DNA of 64,000 nucleotides from Spirochaetes bacterium ADurb.BinA120 (GCA_002069125.1 MVZN01000001.1:5909-69908), one strand, 5' to 3'; shown: positions 9,897 through 20,840, numbered from the stretch's first letter. Program-made: numbers and translations. Notes: generated by a model from the letters alone, not told the origin.

Positions 9897-10012
9897 ACTC
9901 CAGAGCTTCGAGACTAACGCCCCCGGCGCGTTGCGCCACCCCCGGAGGGGGTTTTGCTGATGCCGATGGCTTTTCTTTCAGCTTTGAACTTAGAACTTTG
10001 AACTTTCGACTG
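9897..10012 (+). repeat. R1 mosaic repeat: leader CTCCAGAGCTTCGAGACTAACG, core, then AACTTT[C/G] heptamer tract
   Basis: Core CCCCCGGCGCGTTGCGCCACCCCCGGAGGGGGTTTTGCTGATGCCGATGGC, followed by gctttgaacttagaactttgaactttcgact. Confidence 0.85.
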
Positions 10013-10202
10013 CTAATCATCCTTCCCCAAGTGGGGCACGTCCCTTTGGTGGGTACTTGTTTTTAGTCGATCCCGGCGGTTCTTTGTTGACAAAAAGTCT
10101 TTGACAAAAACGGCCATAAAATACTTTTTCATAAAATCACAATCGGTAACCGCCTGCCGGGTGCATCCGGGGCGCAGTCCGGTAAATGCGGGTTTATCGC
10201 CA

Positions 10203-10421
10203 ATGGCCAGAAAAAAGCACAGGGTTGTAGTAAAATCGGAGCTCTGCAAGGGATGCGATCTGTGCATAGTCTATTGTAAAAAGGGCGTCCTTGCCTCCTC
10301 CGAAGACCTCAACAAGGCAGGTTATCATTACGCAAGCCCCGACGATTCCAAAGAGTGCACCGGCTGCATGGTGTGCGTTCTGGTGTGTCCCGAGGTCGCG
10401 ATAGAGGTGTACGGTGAATAA
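10203..10421 (+). CDS. korD: 2-oxoacid:ferredoxin oxidoreductase delta subunit (4Fe-4S ferredoxin)
   Basis: Two CxxCxxCxxxCP motifs (CKGCDLCIVYC, CTGCMVCVLVCP). ATG at 10203 inside the longer TTG ORF. Confidence 0.8.
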   Translation: MARKKHRVVVKSELCKGCDLCIVYCKKGVLASSEDLNKAGYHYASPDDSKECTGCMVCVLVCPEVAIEVYGE

Positions 10422-11490
10422 GGTATTCATGAGCGGCAACCATACGTTCGGAGAGGCCGCAATACGCGCGGGCTGCCGGAGCTATTTCGGCTATCCGATC
10501 ACGCCGCAGAACGAATTGGGCGAATATATGTCAGAGCACCTTCCGGCGAACGGCGGGGTGTTCGTGCAGTCGGAGAGCGAGACGGCGGCAATCAACATGG
10601 TCATAGGCGCAGCGGCCACCGGAACAAGGGTGATGACCTCATCATCCAGCCCCGGGATAAGCCTCAAGCAGGAGGGCATATCGTTCCTGGCCGGCTTCCA
10701 GCTTCCCGCCGTCATAGTGAACGTAATGAGGGGCGGCCCGGGCCTCGGAAACATCGCCCCGGCGCAGGGCGACTACTTCCAGGCCACGCGGGGCGGAGGC
10801 CACGGCGATTACCGTACGCCCGTCTTCGCTCCCGGATCGGTGCAGGAGGTCGCGGACCTCACCCGGGTGGCCTTCGACGTGGCGGACAGGTACCGCACCC
10901 CGGTGATGGTGTTAGGCGACGGAATGTTGGGCCAGATGAAGGAGCCGGTCGTGTTCCCGGAGCCAATCAGCGATTTTCCAGAGAAGGAGTGGGCGCTTAA
11001 GGGAAGGGGAGACGGGCCGAGCCGTTATATGGCATCGCTTATCCTGGATCCCATGGAGATGGAGCGGCACAACTGGGAGCTGGTCCGCAAATACCAGGTT
11101 ATAGCGAAGAACGAAACGCGCTACGAAGAATACATGTTAGACGACGCGAAGATCGTCGCCGTTGCCTACGGCACCACCGCGCGCATAGCGAAGGCGGCCA
11201 TAAAGCGCGTCCGCAAAGAGGGGGTGCCCGCGGGGCTCCTTCGACCCATCACCCTGTGGCCCTTCCCAAAGGAGCCCCTGCAGAACCTCGCACGGCGCAT
11301 CGAGGATTTTGTGGTATTCGAGATGAGCACCGGACAGATGCTCGAGGATGTGCTGCTCTCCCTGGAGGGGAAGGCGCGCGTGGCCTTCCACGGGCGGCCC
11401 GGCGGCGTCGTGCCGACTCCGGTCGAGTTCGCCCGCGTGCTGTACCGCGAGTACCAGCGTCAGATGAGAGTGAACAATGAAACTGCTTAA
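10414..11490 (+). CDS. korA: 2-oxoacid:ferredoxin oxidoreductase alpha subunit
   Basis: MSGNHTFGEAAIRAGCRSYFGYPITPQNE... typical KorA/PorA N-terminus. GTG start overlaps the korD stop. Confidence 0.85.
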   Translation: MNKVFMSGNHTFGEAAIRAGCRSYFGYPITPQNELGEYMSEHLPANGGVFVQSESETAAINMVIGAAATGTRVMTSSSSPGISLKQEGISFLAGFQLPAVIVNVMRGGPGLGNIAPAQGDYFQATRGGGHGDYRTPVFAPGSVQEVADLTRVAFDVADRYRTPVMVLGDGMLGQMKEPVVFPEPISDFPEKEWALKGRGDGPSRYMASLILDPMEMERHNWELVRKYQVIAKNETRYEEYMLDDAKIVAVAYGTTARIAKAAIKRVRKEGVPAGLLRPITLWPFPKEPLQNLARRIEDFVVFEMSTGQMLEDVLLSLEGKARVAFHGRPGGVVPTPVEFARVLYREYQRQMRVNNETA

Positions 11491-12229
11491 CAAATGGCCC
11501 GATTACTATAAAAAGGACGTGGCGACCCACTATTGCCCCGGCTGCGGTCATGGGATCGTACACCGCATAGTTGCAGAACTCATGGAGGAGATGGACTTAG
11601 GCAGGCGCGCCATCTGCGTCAATCCGGCCGGATGCGCGGTGTTAGCCTACAAGTATTTCGATATTGACATGATCGAGTCGGCCCACGGCCGGGGCACCGC
11701 GATAGCCACCGGGGTCAAGCGCGTCAAGCCCGAACTGTTCGTCTTTACCTACCAGGGCGACGGCGACCTTTCGGCCATAGGGACAGCAGAGACCATACAT
11801 TCGGCGAACCGCGGAGAGCACATAACGGTCATATTCATAAACAACGCGGTCTACGGCATGACTGGCGGCCAGATGGCGCCCACCACGCTTGTCGGCCAGC
11901 GCACGACAACCACCCCCGGAGGGCGTAACCCCAAGTTCGACGGGTTTCCGCTCCACATCACCGATGTCATTGCGAAGTTTCCCGGCGTAATCTACGCCGA
12001 GCGTGTCGCCGTAAACGGGCCGGCCGGAATCCAGAGGACCAAGAGGGCCATCCGGAACGCCTTTCAGGTGCAGGTGGACGGATTGGGCTATTCCATAGTG
12101 GAGGTGCTCTCCCCGTGCCCCACCAACTGGAAGATGACACCGGAGGACTCGTTCAAATGGATCACCGAGGTCATGGCGAAGGAGTTCGTTCCCGGGGTGC
12201 TTACCGATAAAAGGGGAGGCGGGGACTGA
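11477..12229 (+). CDS. korB: 2-oxoacid:ferredoxin oxidoreductase beta subunit (TPP-binding)
   Basis: YCPGCGHG and GDGD...NN TPP-binding motifs. Overlaps korA. Confidence 0.85.
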   Translation: MKLLNKWPDYYKKDVATHYCPGCGHGIVHRIVAELMEEMDLGRRAICVNPAGCAVLAYKYFDIDMIESAHGRGTAIATGVKRVKPELFVFTYQGDGDLSAIGTAETIHSANRGEHITVIFINNAVYGMTGGQMAPTTLVGQRTTTTPGGRNPKFDGFPLHITDVIAKFPGVIYAERVAVNGPAGIQRTKRAIRNAFQVQVDGLGYSIVEVLSPCPTNWKMTPEDSFKWITEVMAKEFVPGVLTDKRGGGD

Positions 12230-12230
12230 T

Positions 12231-12782
12231 ATGCTGGTAAAGATACTGTTCGCGGGAAGCGGCGGCCAGGGCGTCCTCACCATGGGTAACATCCTCGGCA
12301 ATGCAGCCATGTTCGAGGACTTACAGGTCACCTACCTGCCGGCCTACGGCGCGGCCGTACGCGGAGGGACCGCAAACTGCACCATCTGCATATCCGACGA
12401 GGAGATAGCATCGCCGGTGGCCTCCGCGCCGGACTTCGTGGTGGCGCTCAACCATCCCTCGGCGGCCGCGTTCAGCACCAGGCTCGAGCCGGGCGGCCAG
12501 ATGATCTACAATTCGGACCTCGTGGGCGAGCTTATAAGCCGCGGCGACATCACCATGTTTCCCGTGCCGGCCAACGGAATCGCCAAGGGCCTGGGCAACG
12601 AGCGCTCGGCGAACATGGTTATGCTGGGCGCCTTTATAAGATTGACAAAAGTGATAAAAGTCGATTCGATTTACCGGAGCGTCGAGTACATGTTAGGCGC
12701 GAAGAAGAAGCTGGTGGAGATTACAAACCGGGCCGTGGAGGAGGGCTACAACGGCTTTCCCTTCGGCAACGGTTCATTATAA
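12231..12782 (+). CDS. korC: 2-oxoacid:ferredoxin oxidoreductase gamma subunit
   Basis: ILFAGSGGQGVLTMGNILG gamma-subunit signature. Confidence 0.85.
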   Translation: MLVKILFAGSGGQGVLTMGNILGNAAMFEDLQVTYLPAYGAAVRGGTANCTICISDEEIASPVASAPDFVVALNHPSAAAFSTRLEPGGQMIYNSDLVGELISRGDITMFPVPANGIAKGLGNERSANMVMLGAFIRLTKVIKVDSIYRSVEYMLGAKKKLVEITNRAVEEGYNGFPFGNGSL

Positions 12783-12801
12783 CAGGGCGAGGTGATTGTC
12801 G

Positions 12802-13230
12802 ATGCCCATTACCCAGGTCAGCGTATCGGTCGAGAACAGTCCGGGAAAGCTAAACGAGATCTGCGACATACTCGAGAAGGAGCAGATCAACATAAAGGCC
12901 ATCATGGCCTCCGTGGTCATGAATCCGGTGCAGGTCCACATGATCGTAAGCGACCCGTCCAGGGCCGAGACGGTGCTTCGCGCCAGCGGGCTAAACGTAA
13001 CCACCCGCGAGGTGATAGCCGTCGCGACACCGGACCATCCGGGAGGGCTTAACGCCGTTCTAAGGCCGCTGATAGAGTCCAGGGTGAACGTCGAGACGCT
13101 TTATCCGTTCATCAACCTGAGGGGCGACGAGGCGATCATAATCATAGAGGTCGACAAAATAGACGAGGCCAAGGCCGTATTGAAAAAACACTGGGTCAAG
13201 ACCTTCGAAAGCGAGATCTACAAGTCGTAA
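12802..13230 (+). CDS. ACT-domain protein (amino-acid-binding regulatory domain, tandem ACT)
   Basis: Two betaalphabetabetaalphabeta-like repeats (VSVENSPGKLNEICDIL... and ...PDHPGGLNAVLRPL). Follows korC directly. Confidence 0.6.
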   Translation: MPITQVSVSVENSPGKLNEICDILEKEQINIKAIMASVVMNPVQVHMIVSDPSRAETVLRASGLNVTTREVIAVATPDHPGGLNAVLRPLIESRVNVETLYPFINLRGDEAIIIIEVDKIDEAKAVLKKHWVKTFESEIYKS

Positions 13231-13250
13231 AAATTGTCCGGCGGCGCGGC

Positions 13251-13293
13251 AAAAAAAAGGCCGAACGGCTCCGCCGTCCGGCCTTTTGCATTT
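13251..13293. terminator. Bidirectional intrinsic terminator between convergent genes
   Basis: AAAAAAAA-GGCCGAACGGC-tcc-GCCGTCCGGCC-TTTTGCATTT. An 11-bp stem with an A-tract on one side and a T-tract on the other. Confidence 0.7.
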
Positions 13294-13307
13294 ACGGATA
13301 ACCGGGC

Positions 13308-14096
13308 TCAACTGTCCGTAAACTTCGCCTCGCGCTTTTCGAGAAAGGCGGCGATGCCCTCCCTCTTGTCGGCCGTTTCGCACAGCTCCCCGAAGAGCTC
13401 CCTCTCGAATGTCATGGCCTTTGCGAATTCCATGGCCGGCCCCTCGCTAACCGCCCGCATGGCGTTTTTAACCGCGCACCGGCTCCTCGAGGCGATCGCG
13501 GAGGCAAGCTTTTTGGCCTCCGCCACCACCTGACCCTGCGGCACGGCCCGATTCACGACGCCGTACAGCTCGGCCTCCCGACCGGAGATGAAGTTCCCCG
13601 AGAGAATCAGCTCGAGAGCGCGCCCTTTGCCGATAAGCCTCGCCGAGCGCTGTGTTCCGCCGTAACCCGGAATTATGCCGAGCTTGATCTCGGGAAGCCC
13701 GATCTGCGCCGTTTCGTCGGCTAAGCGTATATGGCAGGCGAGCGCCGTTTCCATCCCCCCACCTAAGCAGTAGCCGTTTATGGCTGCTATGTAGGGCTTG
13801 TCGGAATTCTCTATGAGGTTGGTCATCTCCTGGCCGTTTTCGAGATAGGACGCGCCGTCCTTCTTCGTGTTCTTCGGAATAAACTCCTTGATGTCCGCGC
13901 CCGCGATAAAGGCCTTGCCCTCGCCGGTAAAGACGACCGCCCGAACCGCGGGGTCCGAGTTTGCCCTTCGAATGGCGTCCTTTATGTCCGCCAGAACGCC
14001 CTGCGAAAGAGTGTTCATGGGCGGGTTGTTCACCACCATAAGCGCGACGCCGCGCTCGTCGACCGTGTAATCGCAGAATTTTTTATCCGTGCTCAT
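13308..14096 (-). CDS. Enoyl-CoA hydratase/isomerase (crotonase) family
   Basis: Oxyanion-hole motifs FTGEGKAFIAGADI and GYCLGGGMETALACH. Confidence 0.85.
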   Translation of the reverse strand: MSTDKKFCDYTVDERGVALMVVNNPPMNTLSQGVLADIKDAIRRANSDPAVRAVVFTGEGKAFIAGADIKEFIPKNTKKDGASYLENGQEMTNLIENSDKPYIAAINGYCLGGGMETALACHIRLADETAQIGLPEIKLGIIPGYGGTQRSARLIGKGRALELILSGNFISGREAELYGVVNRAVPQGQVVAEAKKLASAIASRSRCAVKNAMRAVSEGPAMEFAKAMTFERELFGELCETADKREGIAAFLEKREAKFTDS

Positions 14097-14285
14097 GGAC
14101 GGCACTCTCCTTTGCATGTGATTCGCGCCGCGAAGGCGCCGGGCTGATCGTTCCGGCGAATGGGTTATATGTTAACCGCGTGAGCCTAATGTCAAATGTT
14201 TTATGCCTCCGGCGATAGGGCATAAAATATCCGACCTGCGGCATTAGGAAGCGGTCCGGCAATGATTTGACTTATGGTGGGGCCC

Positions 14286-15194
14286 TCAGGCCCCGGCTGC
14301 TCGTTCCCTCGCCCTTATCAGGCGTGTGAGGGCCTCGTTGTACGGCGCCGCGATTCCCGCCTCGCGGCCCAAGCGCGCCACGGCCCCGTTTATGCTGTCG
14401 ATCTCGGTTTGCCTGCCGGCGCGCAGGTCCTGAAGCATGGAACAGGTGTTGACCGCGGTCCTAACGCAAACCCCGCGCACCGTCTCGATGAGCTCATCCG
14501 CGTCGAGCGTGATACCGAGCGCCCCAGCCACAAGGGCGCACTCCCTTATGACGTACTCCTGTAGAACGAGAGCGTCCGGAATCTCCAGGAGTTTTCCATT
14601 GGGAACGTCGAGAAGCGCCCCCAGGGGGTTTATGGCGGCGTTTATTACGGCCTTTCTCCAGACCACCTCCTCGGGTCGCTCGCGTATCTGTACCGGCACC
14701 CCGGCTCGCTCCATTATGGAACGAGCCGCCTCCACCGCGCCCGCCTCGGGGCCTCCAATCTCGGCGCTCCCGCTGCCTCCGTAGGCGACCGTATGCGAAT
14801 CGACGCGCGCGGCGCCAAGCGTCACCGAGCCGGATACGACACGAGCAGGGGCGACGAAGCGTTCGATTATCTCGCGGTTGCCTATGCCGTTCTGTAAACT
14901 GACGACAATGGCGCCGCTTTTTATAACGCCGACGATGTCCCGCATCGCATCGGCCGTGGAATAGCTTTTGACGAACAGGAACACGATGTCGCAGGCCGAC
15001 AGAATGCCGGGCGAGCTCGAGGCCTTTGAGCGAAAAACTCGCTCTCCCTCCGGCATACTAAGGGTGGTCCCTTCGGCAAGGGCCCGGGCGAGGTCGGGGT
15101 CCTTTTCGTAAACGGCGTAGTCCATGCCGGCCTCGTTGAAGAGAGAGGCGAAAAGGGAACCTACAGCGCCGCCGCCCGCTATCCCTGCCTTCAT
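14286..15194 (-). CDS. panE: 2-dehydropantoate 2-reductase (ketopantoate reductase, ApbA/PanE family)
   Basis: N-terminal Rossmann GxGxxG (IAGGGAVGSLFA). Family-typical length. Confidence 0.75.
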   Translation of the reverse strand: MKAGIAGGGAVGSLFASLFNEAGMDYAVYEKDPDLARALAEGTTLSMPEGERVFRSKASSSPGILSACDIVFLFVKSYSTADAMRDIVGVIKSGAIVVSLQNGIGNREIIERFVAPARVVSGSVTLGAARVDSHTVAYGGSGSAEIGGPEAGAVEAARSIMERAGVPVQIRERPEEVVWRKAVINAAINPLGALLDVPNGKLLEIPDALVLQEYVIRECALVAGALGITLDADELIETVRGVCVRTAVNTCSMLQDLRAGRQTEIDSINGAVARLGREAGIAAPYNEALTRLIRARERAAGA

Positions 15195-15197
15195 GGC

Positions 15198-16859
15198 TCA
15201 GCTCTCGAAAACCGCGCCCCGGTCGGCCGAGGACACCAATTTCGCGTAACGGCTCATGTAGCCGGTGGTGATGTTGGGGCCGGGGGCCTTCCACTCGGCC
15301 AGGCGCTTCTTAATCTCGGCTTCGGAAAGCCTGACGTTGAGTTTCTTGGCGGGGATGTCGATTTCTATTATGTCGCCGTTACGCACTATGGCGATTGGGC
15401 CGCCGGCTGCCGCTTCGGGCGATACGTGGCCGATGGACGAACCGCGCGTCGCGCCGGAGAAGCGGCCGTCGGTAATGAGGGCCACGTCCTTGTCCAGGCC
15501 CATGCCCGCTATGATCGAGGTGGGCGTCAGCATCTCCCGCATGCCGGGGCCCCCGCGCGGCCCTTCGTAGATTATCACCACCACGTCGCCTTTCTTTATC
15601 TTCCCTCCCATTATGCCCTTCATGGCCGCCTCCTCGGAGGTGAAGACCCTTGCGGGGCCTGTGTGCCTGAGCATGGACGGGTCGACCGCGGCCTGCTTTA
15701 CGATGCAGCCGTCGGGGGCGATGTTCCCCGTAAGAACAGCAAGCCCGCCGTCGGCGTGGACGGGCGCCTTGACGCGGCGGATTACCGACTCGTCGAGGAT
15801 GTCGCGTCCGCGAAGGTTCTGCGCCACGGTCTTTCCGGTAACGGTGATGCAGTCGCCGTGGAGAAGTCTGTTTTTCAAAAGCTCGGACATCACGGCCGGG
15901 ATTCCTCCGGCCTCGTGAAGGTCCTCCATGACGTGGGTGCCGGCCGGGGCCAGCGTGCAGAGGTGCGGCGTGCGCTCGGAGATTGGGTTTATATCCTTAA
16001 GGGTGATGGGAATGCCTGCGTAATGCGCTATTGCCGGTATGTGGAGCGCGGTGTTGGAGGAGCCGCCTATGGCCATGTCCACCGCCAGGGCGTTCTCAAT
16101 GGATCTTCGTGTAACGATCTTTCGGGGGGTGATGTTCTTCTTTACGAGCTCCATGATGGCGCGGCCGCTCTCTTTGGCAAGCCGCACGCGGTCGGCCATT
16201 ACCGCGGGGATGCTTCCGTTGTAGGGGAGGGCGAGCCCCAGGGCTTCGGTCAGGCAGTTCATGGAGTTCGCGGTAAAAAGCCCGGAGCACGAGCCCGCCC
16301 CCGGGCACGCCGAGCACTCGATGGCGTAAAGCTCGTCGGGGCTTATCCTCTTTTTCGCGGCCTTACCGACCGCCTCGAACACATCGTTAAGCGTAAGCTT
16401 TTGCCCCTTGTAACGCCCGGCGAACATGGGGCCGCCGCTTACCACGATCGATGGGATGTCCACGCGCATGGCGGCTATAAGCATACCGGGGGTTATCTTG
16501 TCGCAGTTCGGCACCAGCACCAGGCCGTCGAAGGGATGGCCCATGGCCATAATCTCGACCGAGTCGGCTATAAGCTCGCGCGAACCTAAGGAGTATTTCA
16601 TACCCCTGTGGTTCATGGCAATGCCGTCGCACACCCCGATCGTAGAGAACTCGAGCGGCGTGCCTCCCGCGGCGAGTATGCCGCTCTTTACGGCTTCGAC
16701 TATGGTGTTAAGATGCACGTGTCCGGGAATTATCTCGTTGGCGGAATTTGCTATGCCTATTATGGGGCGCGAAAGCTCTTCGTCGCTAAGCCCGGCCGCG
16801 CGGAAGAGCGAGCGGTGGGGCGCCTTTTCCATTCCTTTTTTCATTACATCGCTTCTCAT
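15198..16859 (-). CDS. ilvD: Dihydroxy-acid dehydratase
   Basis: IlvD/EDD signatures [23 protein letters not shown]. About 554 aa. Confidence 0.9.
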   Translation of the reverse strand: MRSDVMKKGMEKAPHRSLFRAAGLSDEELSRPIIGIANSANEIIPGHVHLNTIVEAVKSGILAAGGTPLEFSTIGVCDGIAMNHRGMKYSLGSRELIADSVEIMAMGHPFDGLVLVPNCDKITPGMLIAAMRVDIPSIVVSGGPMFAGRYKGQKLTLNDVFEAVGKAAKKRISPDELYAIECSACPGAGSCSGLFTANSMNCLTEALGLALPYNGSIPAVMADRVRLAKESGRAIMELVKKNITPRKIVTRRSIENALAVDMAIGGSSNTALHIPAIAHYAGIPITLKDINPISERTPHLCTLAPAGTHVMEDLHEAGGIPAVMSELLKNRLLHGDCITVTGKTVAQNLRGRDILDESVIRRVKAPVHADGGLAVLTGNIAPDGCIVKQAAVDPSMLRHTGPARVFTSEEAAMKGIMGGKIKKGDVVVIIYEGPRGGPGMREMLTPTSIIAGMGLDKDVALITDGRFSGATRGSSIGHVSPEAAAGGPIAIVRNGDIIEIDIPAKKLNVRLSEAEIKKRLAEWKAPGPNITTGYMSRYAKLVSSADRGAVFES

Positions 16860-17021
16860 CGTGGGTCTCCATGGGTGCAAGTATACGCGGGGTATCCCCG
16901 CGGGGGCGCGCGGCGGGCGGCTTTCGTCCGCCGGGCGCGGTGAGAATTAGGATGAGGCACAATAAGAGGGGATGTCAAGGGTTTTTGCCCGGGGCGGTCC
17001 GAGCGGTTCCGTCCCAATGTG

Positions 17022-17591
17022 TCATTTTTTCACCAGGCGCGCCTTTCGGTCAGCGAGGGTGATTGTGGCCGTTTTGCCGGAATTGAATTCAATATAATCG
17101 CCCTCTATGCCGTCGCTGAAGATTATGCCGTTACGCCCCATAAGGGAGGTGACCTCGAGCGGACTGGATGCCGTAATCATTCCGAACGAGAGCTCAACCT
17201 GTGAGGTCCTGCTCTCGAAGGGTTCGCGCACGCTGAAGAAGAGATGGTCGGCATCCCAGGGGAATCGGCTCGGGTCTTTGCCCTCTTCGGTTTTGTCGAA
17301 ACCGGAGGATATCTTCCGCGCGCCCTCCACTATCGACCCAAACCACCCTGTGGAGCCGCAGCCTGTGGAGACGATAATTCCGTTCGACGACTGCTGTTAC
17401 TCCCTCCCCCCAAAGCGTACCCTGCACCTGGGTGAGATATGGCTTCGCGGTCCGATGAAGATGTCGTTTACACCGTGGATGGTCTGGCCGTCGTTTAGCG
17501 AGGCCTTCGCTATGCTTATTGCGGATGTGTCGAAATCCCCTTTTATTACTCGGCCAAGGTGGCGATCGATAAAATGGCCGATGAAAAGCAT
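17022..17591 (-). pseudogene. NAD-kinase-like C-terminal fragment interrupted by an in-frame TAA (N-terminal GGDG half absent)
   Basis: ORFs 17397..17591 and 17022..17330 are in the same frame. Reading through the TAA at 17397-17399 gives ...SLNDGQTIHGVNDIFIGPRS...*QQSSNGIIVSTGCGSTGWFGSIVEGARK.... This resembles the NAD kinase NE/DV and DGxxxSTPTGSTAYSxSAGG motifs. An upstream stop at 17598-17600 bounds it. Confidence 0.35.
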
Positions 17592-17925
17592 GCTGACCTA
17601 CTGTTCGTATTTACACGAAATCCATAACATGGATAGGGAAAAATGTCATCTAAAATACTCCGGTTTTTTTGGGGAGGATGGGAAATTGCCCTATATTGAA
17701 ATCAGAATCCCGGCTCAAGTTGGGAGATGTCGATATTGGCGATTGCAGGCCATGACTGAAGCAAAGCCAAATAATTCTGGACAAAACCCGCCGCCTGAAA
17801 TTCAACTCATTCGGCGACTGGCGGCGTCTTCCAACTGGAAACTATCTTTCCGGAAACGCCGACTGGTTCGACCCAAGTTGCATAAAAGCATTCATTTATG
17901 ATCAAGTTAATATCGAGGAACGAAA

Positions 17926-19497
17926 ATGAGCGCGAAATACACGGCCCGTGAAGCTCTGCAGATAAAAACTACCTTCGCCTATTTTATCGCGCTTTCCATG
18001 GTCATGATGAGCGCCCTCGTTTTTCTGGCTGTCGCGCGAATGCCTCTGAAAGATATACTGCCTCCGACCATTCTCGCATTTTTCTGCATGGGGCTCGCGT
18101 TTACCCAGTACAGGCTTAAAAGACTCCGAAGGGATTCGCTTTTTATCCCGTGGATCGTCTCGTTCTTGACGCTTGCGGTGCCTTTTATCGCAAAAATAAA
18201 ATACTCCATCACTCATGGTTGGACATTTGCCCTCGGCTCCTATAACTCTTCCGTTCTCATTGTCGTAATGGTTCTCATCACCTGCCTTTTTTTACGTGAA
18301 AAACTTTTCCTTGCGGTCTCCGGGGTCGCTATTGCTTGCTGGAGCGCCTTCATCTATGTCGCTCTTACAAGCGGCGCGGAATATTCGTGGGATGCCATCG
18401 TCAATGGGGATGTATATCTGGGCGTTATACCTCCCAGGGAGATATTTTTTGTTGTCAGCCAGGTTATAATCTCTTTTGTGGCTTACCGGTTAATAGGCAT
18501 TTTAAACACTTTTATAGAACGAACGGAAACACAGCAGCTCGAAATAGAAAAACGGGTCGACCAGATGCATAACATGAATCTCGAAATCCGCGAAAAGGTC
18601 AATATGCTCTTCACCGAGGTTGACTCTCAAAATACGCTTGTAATGAAATTCAACGACAGGATGCAGAGCCAGGCCGCCACATTCGAGGAGATCTCCGCGA
18701 CCCTCGAGGAGCTCCGAGGCTCATCTGAAAACATACATGATTCAAGTCTCGAACAGATCGACGGTAACGTAAAGATGGACGAGATCGTCGAGGCCTTCAG
18801 GCACATCAAGGACGAAACCCGGGAGAACCTGGGACTCACCAACAGCCAGATCCAGGGGATCGCGAACAGGAGCCAGGAGGCGAATGACAAGATCATGGAT
18901 GTGGAAAACACCATGAACACCATAGCCGCCCAGAGCAAAAGGATATCCGAAACGGTCAATATCATCGTCGATATAGCCGACAAGATAAACCTGCTTTCGC
19001 TCAACGCGAGCATCGAGGCCGCAAGGGCCGGCGAGCACGGCAAGGGCTTTGCCGTTGTCGCCGACGAGATCGGCAAACTCGCGGTCATGACGACTGAAAG
19101 CATCAAGGAGATCGAAAAGGTGCTTAGTCTAAACGATGCAGTGACCGGGGAAGGGGTAAATGTCATCAAGACGTCTTCCGCCACCATAAAGGAGATGATC
19201 AATTCAATTTCCGGAAGCAACAAGAATATCCAGATTCTCCAGGATAGCCTTATGGTGGAGGAGAAGTACATAAACGCCATCATAAAACAGATGGAAGAGA
19301 ACATAAGGCTGGCGCGGTTGATAGGTACGGGGACTGACGAGCAAAAGAACGCGCTGGAGAACACGGGCAATGCCATAGAGGATCTAAACGCGATCGTTTC
19401 CGACATGGTCAAGGAGATAAATGAACTTGCCGCCTCGTCGCGGGTGGTCCTTGAAAGCGCAAGATACCTGCTCGCCAAGGCCGATGAAGTGGCGTAG
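17926..19497 (+). CDS. Methyl-accepting chemotaxis protein (multi-TM sensor plus MCP signalling domain)
   Basis: Highly conserved MCP signalling motif [32 protein letters not shown]-terminal about 6 TM helices. Confidence 0.85.
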   Translation: MSAKYTAREALQIKTTFAYFIALSMVMMSALVFLAVARMPLKDILPPTILAFFCMGLAFTQYRLKRLRRDSLFIPWIVSFLTLAVPFIAKIKYSITHGWTFALGSYNSSVLIVVMVLITCLFLREKLFLAVSGVAIACWSAFIYVALTSGAEYSWDAIVNGDVYLGVIPPREIFFVVSQVIISFVAYRLIGILNTFIERTETQQLEIEKRVDQMHNMNLEIREKVNMLFTEVDSQNTLVMKFNDRMQSQAATFEEISATLEELRGSSENIHDSSLEQIDGNVKMDEIVEAFRHIKDETRENLGLTNSQIQGIANRSQEANDKIMDVENTMNTIAAQSKRISETVNIIVDIADKINLLSLNASIEAARAGEHGKGFAVVADEIGKLAVMTTESIKEIEKVLSLNDAVTGEGVNVIKTSSATIKEMINSISGSNKNIQILQDSLMVEEKYINAIIKQMEENIRLARLIGTGTDEQKNALENTGNAIEDLNAIVSDMVKEINELAASSRVVLESARYLLAKADEVA

Positions 19498-19709
19498 TTA
19501 GTAGAGCATTTCTTGCCTTAGAGCTTTAGGAATAAATACCGGATATACAAAAAAACGGCTAAAGCGAATTGAAATCCGGAAGAGAATAAATCAATATCCG
19601 ACTTTTTGCTCGATTCCCTGAAGAGTCCGGAAGCAAAAAGGATAATTAACGGTTTTATTTCCCTGCATTAAAGAATTGACACTTCGATGGTTGGCCGACA
19701 TCTTTAGGT

Positions 19710-20783
19710 ATGCATGCCGTGAAAAGATACTTTGGAGGTGATTGCGTGGGCTACCCTGAAACCGTGTCGGAAGAGGCAAGACGCATTCACAACGATGCGA
19801 TCATCATCGATGCATGCTCCTTTTTCTTCGAGGGGTATAACGAGTCCATTGAGGCCTCGGGTATTACGGCGCTGAACATCACCGTTCCGGATACGTCGGA
19901 CGATTCGGGTGAAGCGGTAAAAAGCATCGCGGATTATTATGAAGTCATCCGCCGCGACCCCAAACTGATGCTCATAGAGACCGCGGAAGACATACGTACC
20001 GCCAAGCGCGAGGGTCGGGTGGGAATAATCGTTGGTTTTCAGAACTCTCGTCCGTTCTGCCATTATTATCTGGAGAGCATGGTGGATGTTTTTCGCCGCC
20101 TCGGTACACGAGTATCGATACTCGCATATAACTATAGAAATTTTGCGGCGGACGGCTGCGTCGAGGACCCGGACGGAGGTCTGAGCCGGGAAGGCCGCCG
20201 TTTGGTGGACATAATGAACCGCGCCGGAATAGTAATTGATTGCTCTCATACCGGCATCCGTTCAAGCCTGGAGGCGATAGATCTCAGCTCGAAGCCCTGC
20301 ATATTCTCCCACTCTAACCCCAGGGCTTTAAGCAATCAGAGGCGCAATATCACGGATGAACAGATAAAGGCCGTTGCCGCCAGAGGGGGCGTCATCGGGC
20401 TGACTCCCTATCCGCCGATGAACTGGAACGGCGAGAAGGTGGTGCCGTCTATCGACAATTTCCTTAACGCCGTCGACTATGTAGTGAACCTGGCGGGCAT
20501 CGATCACGTGGGGCTTGGCACGGACAAAGAGGCCACTCCCGGCGCATATCCCCGCGATCTCATTTTACGTGAGCTGGAAACGCTTCCTTTTGCGGTGGGC
20601 GATTATTACGGCACCTTTTCCGGCAACTTCGAAGCGGTGAATCTGGCCGGATTTCCGTCGGTGGCCTTCCTCGCACGCTTCAGCCAGGGGCTGATGGACA
20701 GGGGTTATAAGGAAGACGATATCCGCAAGTTCCTCGGGCTTAATTTTCTCAGGGTCTTTGAGGAGGTGTGGCCTGCGGTCTGA
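19710..20783 (+). CDS. Membrane dipeptidase (peptidase family M19)
   Basis: M19 renal-dipeptidase-like motifs (IIIDACSF, IVIDCSHTG, GLGTDKEATPG). Confidence 0.75.
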   Translation: MHAVKRYFGGDCVGYPETVSEEARRIHNDAIIIDACSFFFEGYNESIEASGITALNITVPDTSDDSGEAVKSIADYYEVIRRDPKLMLIETAEDIRTAKREGRVGIIVGFQNSRPFCHYYLESMVDVFRRLGTRVSILAYNYRNFAADGCVEDPDGGLSREGRRLVDIMNRAGIVIDCSHTGIRSSLEAIDLSSKPCIFSHSNPRALSNQRRNITDEQIKAVAARGGVIGLTPYPPMNWNGEKVVPSIDNFLNAVDYVVNLAGIDHVGLGTDKEATPGAYPRDLILRELETLPFAVGDYYGTFSGNFEAVNLAGFPSVAFLARFSQGLMDRGYKEDDIRKFLGLNFLRVFEEVWPAV

Positions 20784-20840
20784 GGCTTGAACAATACGAC
20801 ACAGACCTGTGCGCTCCATCGAGATAGGAGGAATCGTCAC

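Noticed and set aside
10086-10126. Tandem TTGACA hexamers upstream of korD as a sigma70 promoter
   Set aside because: No -10 element sits at a suitable spacing: 10 or 24 nt to TAAAAT. It was left uncalled.
13231-14118. Apparent 1-nt frame inconsistency when hand-indexing the crotonase gene start
   Set aside because: It is most likely my own position-counting error while reading the flat file. The ORF-track coordinates were used.
17107-17901. 264-aa plus-strand ORF overlapping the NAD-kinase-like fragment
   Set aside because: It has no domain or motif, a proline/serine-rich composition, and it overlaps a region with clear homology on the other strand.
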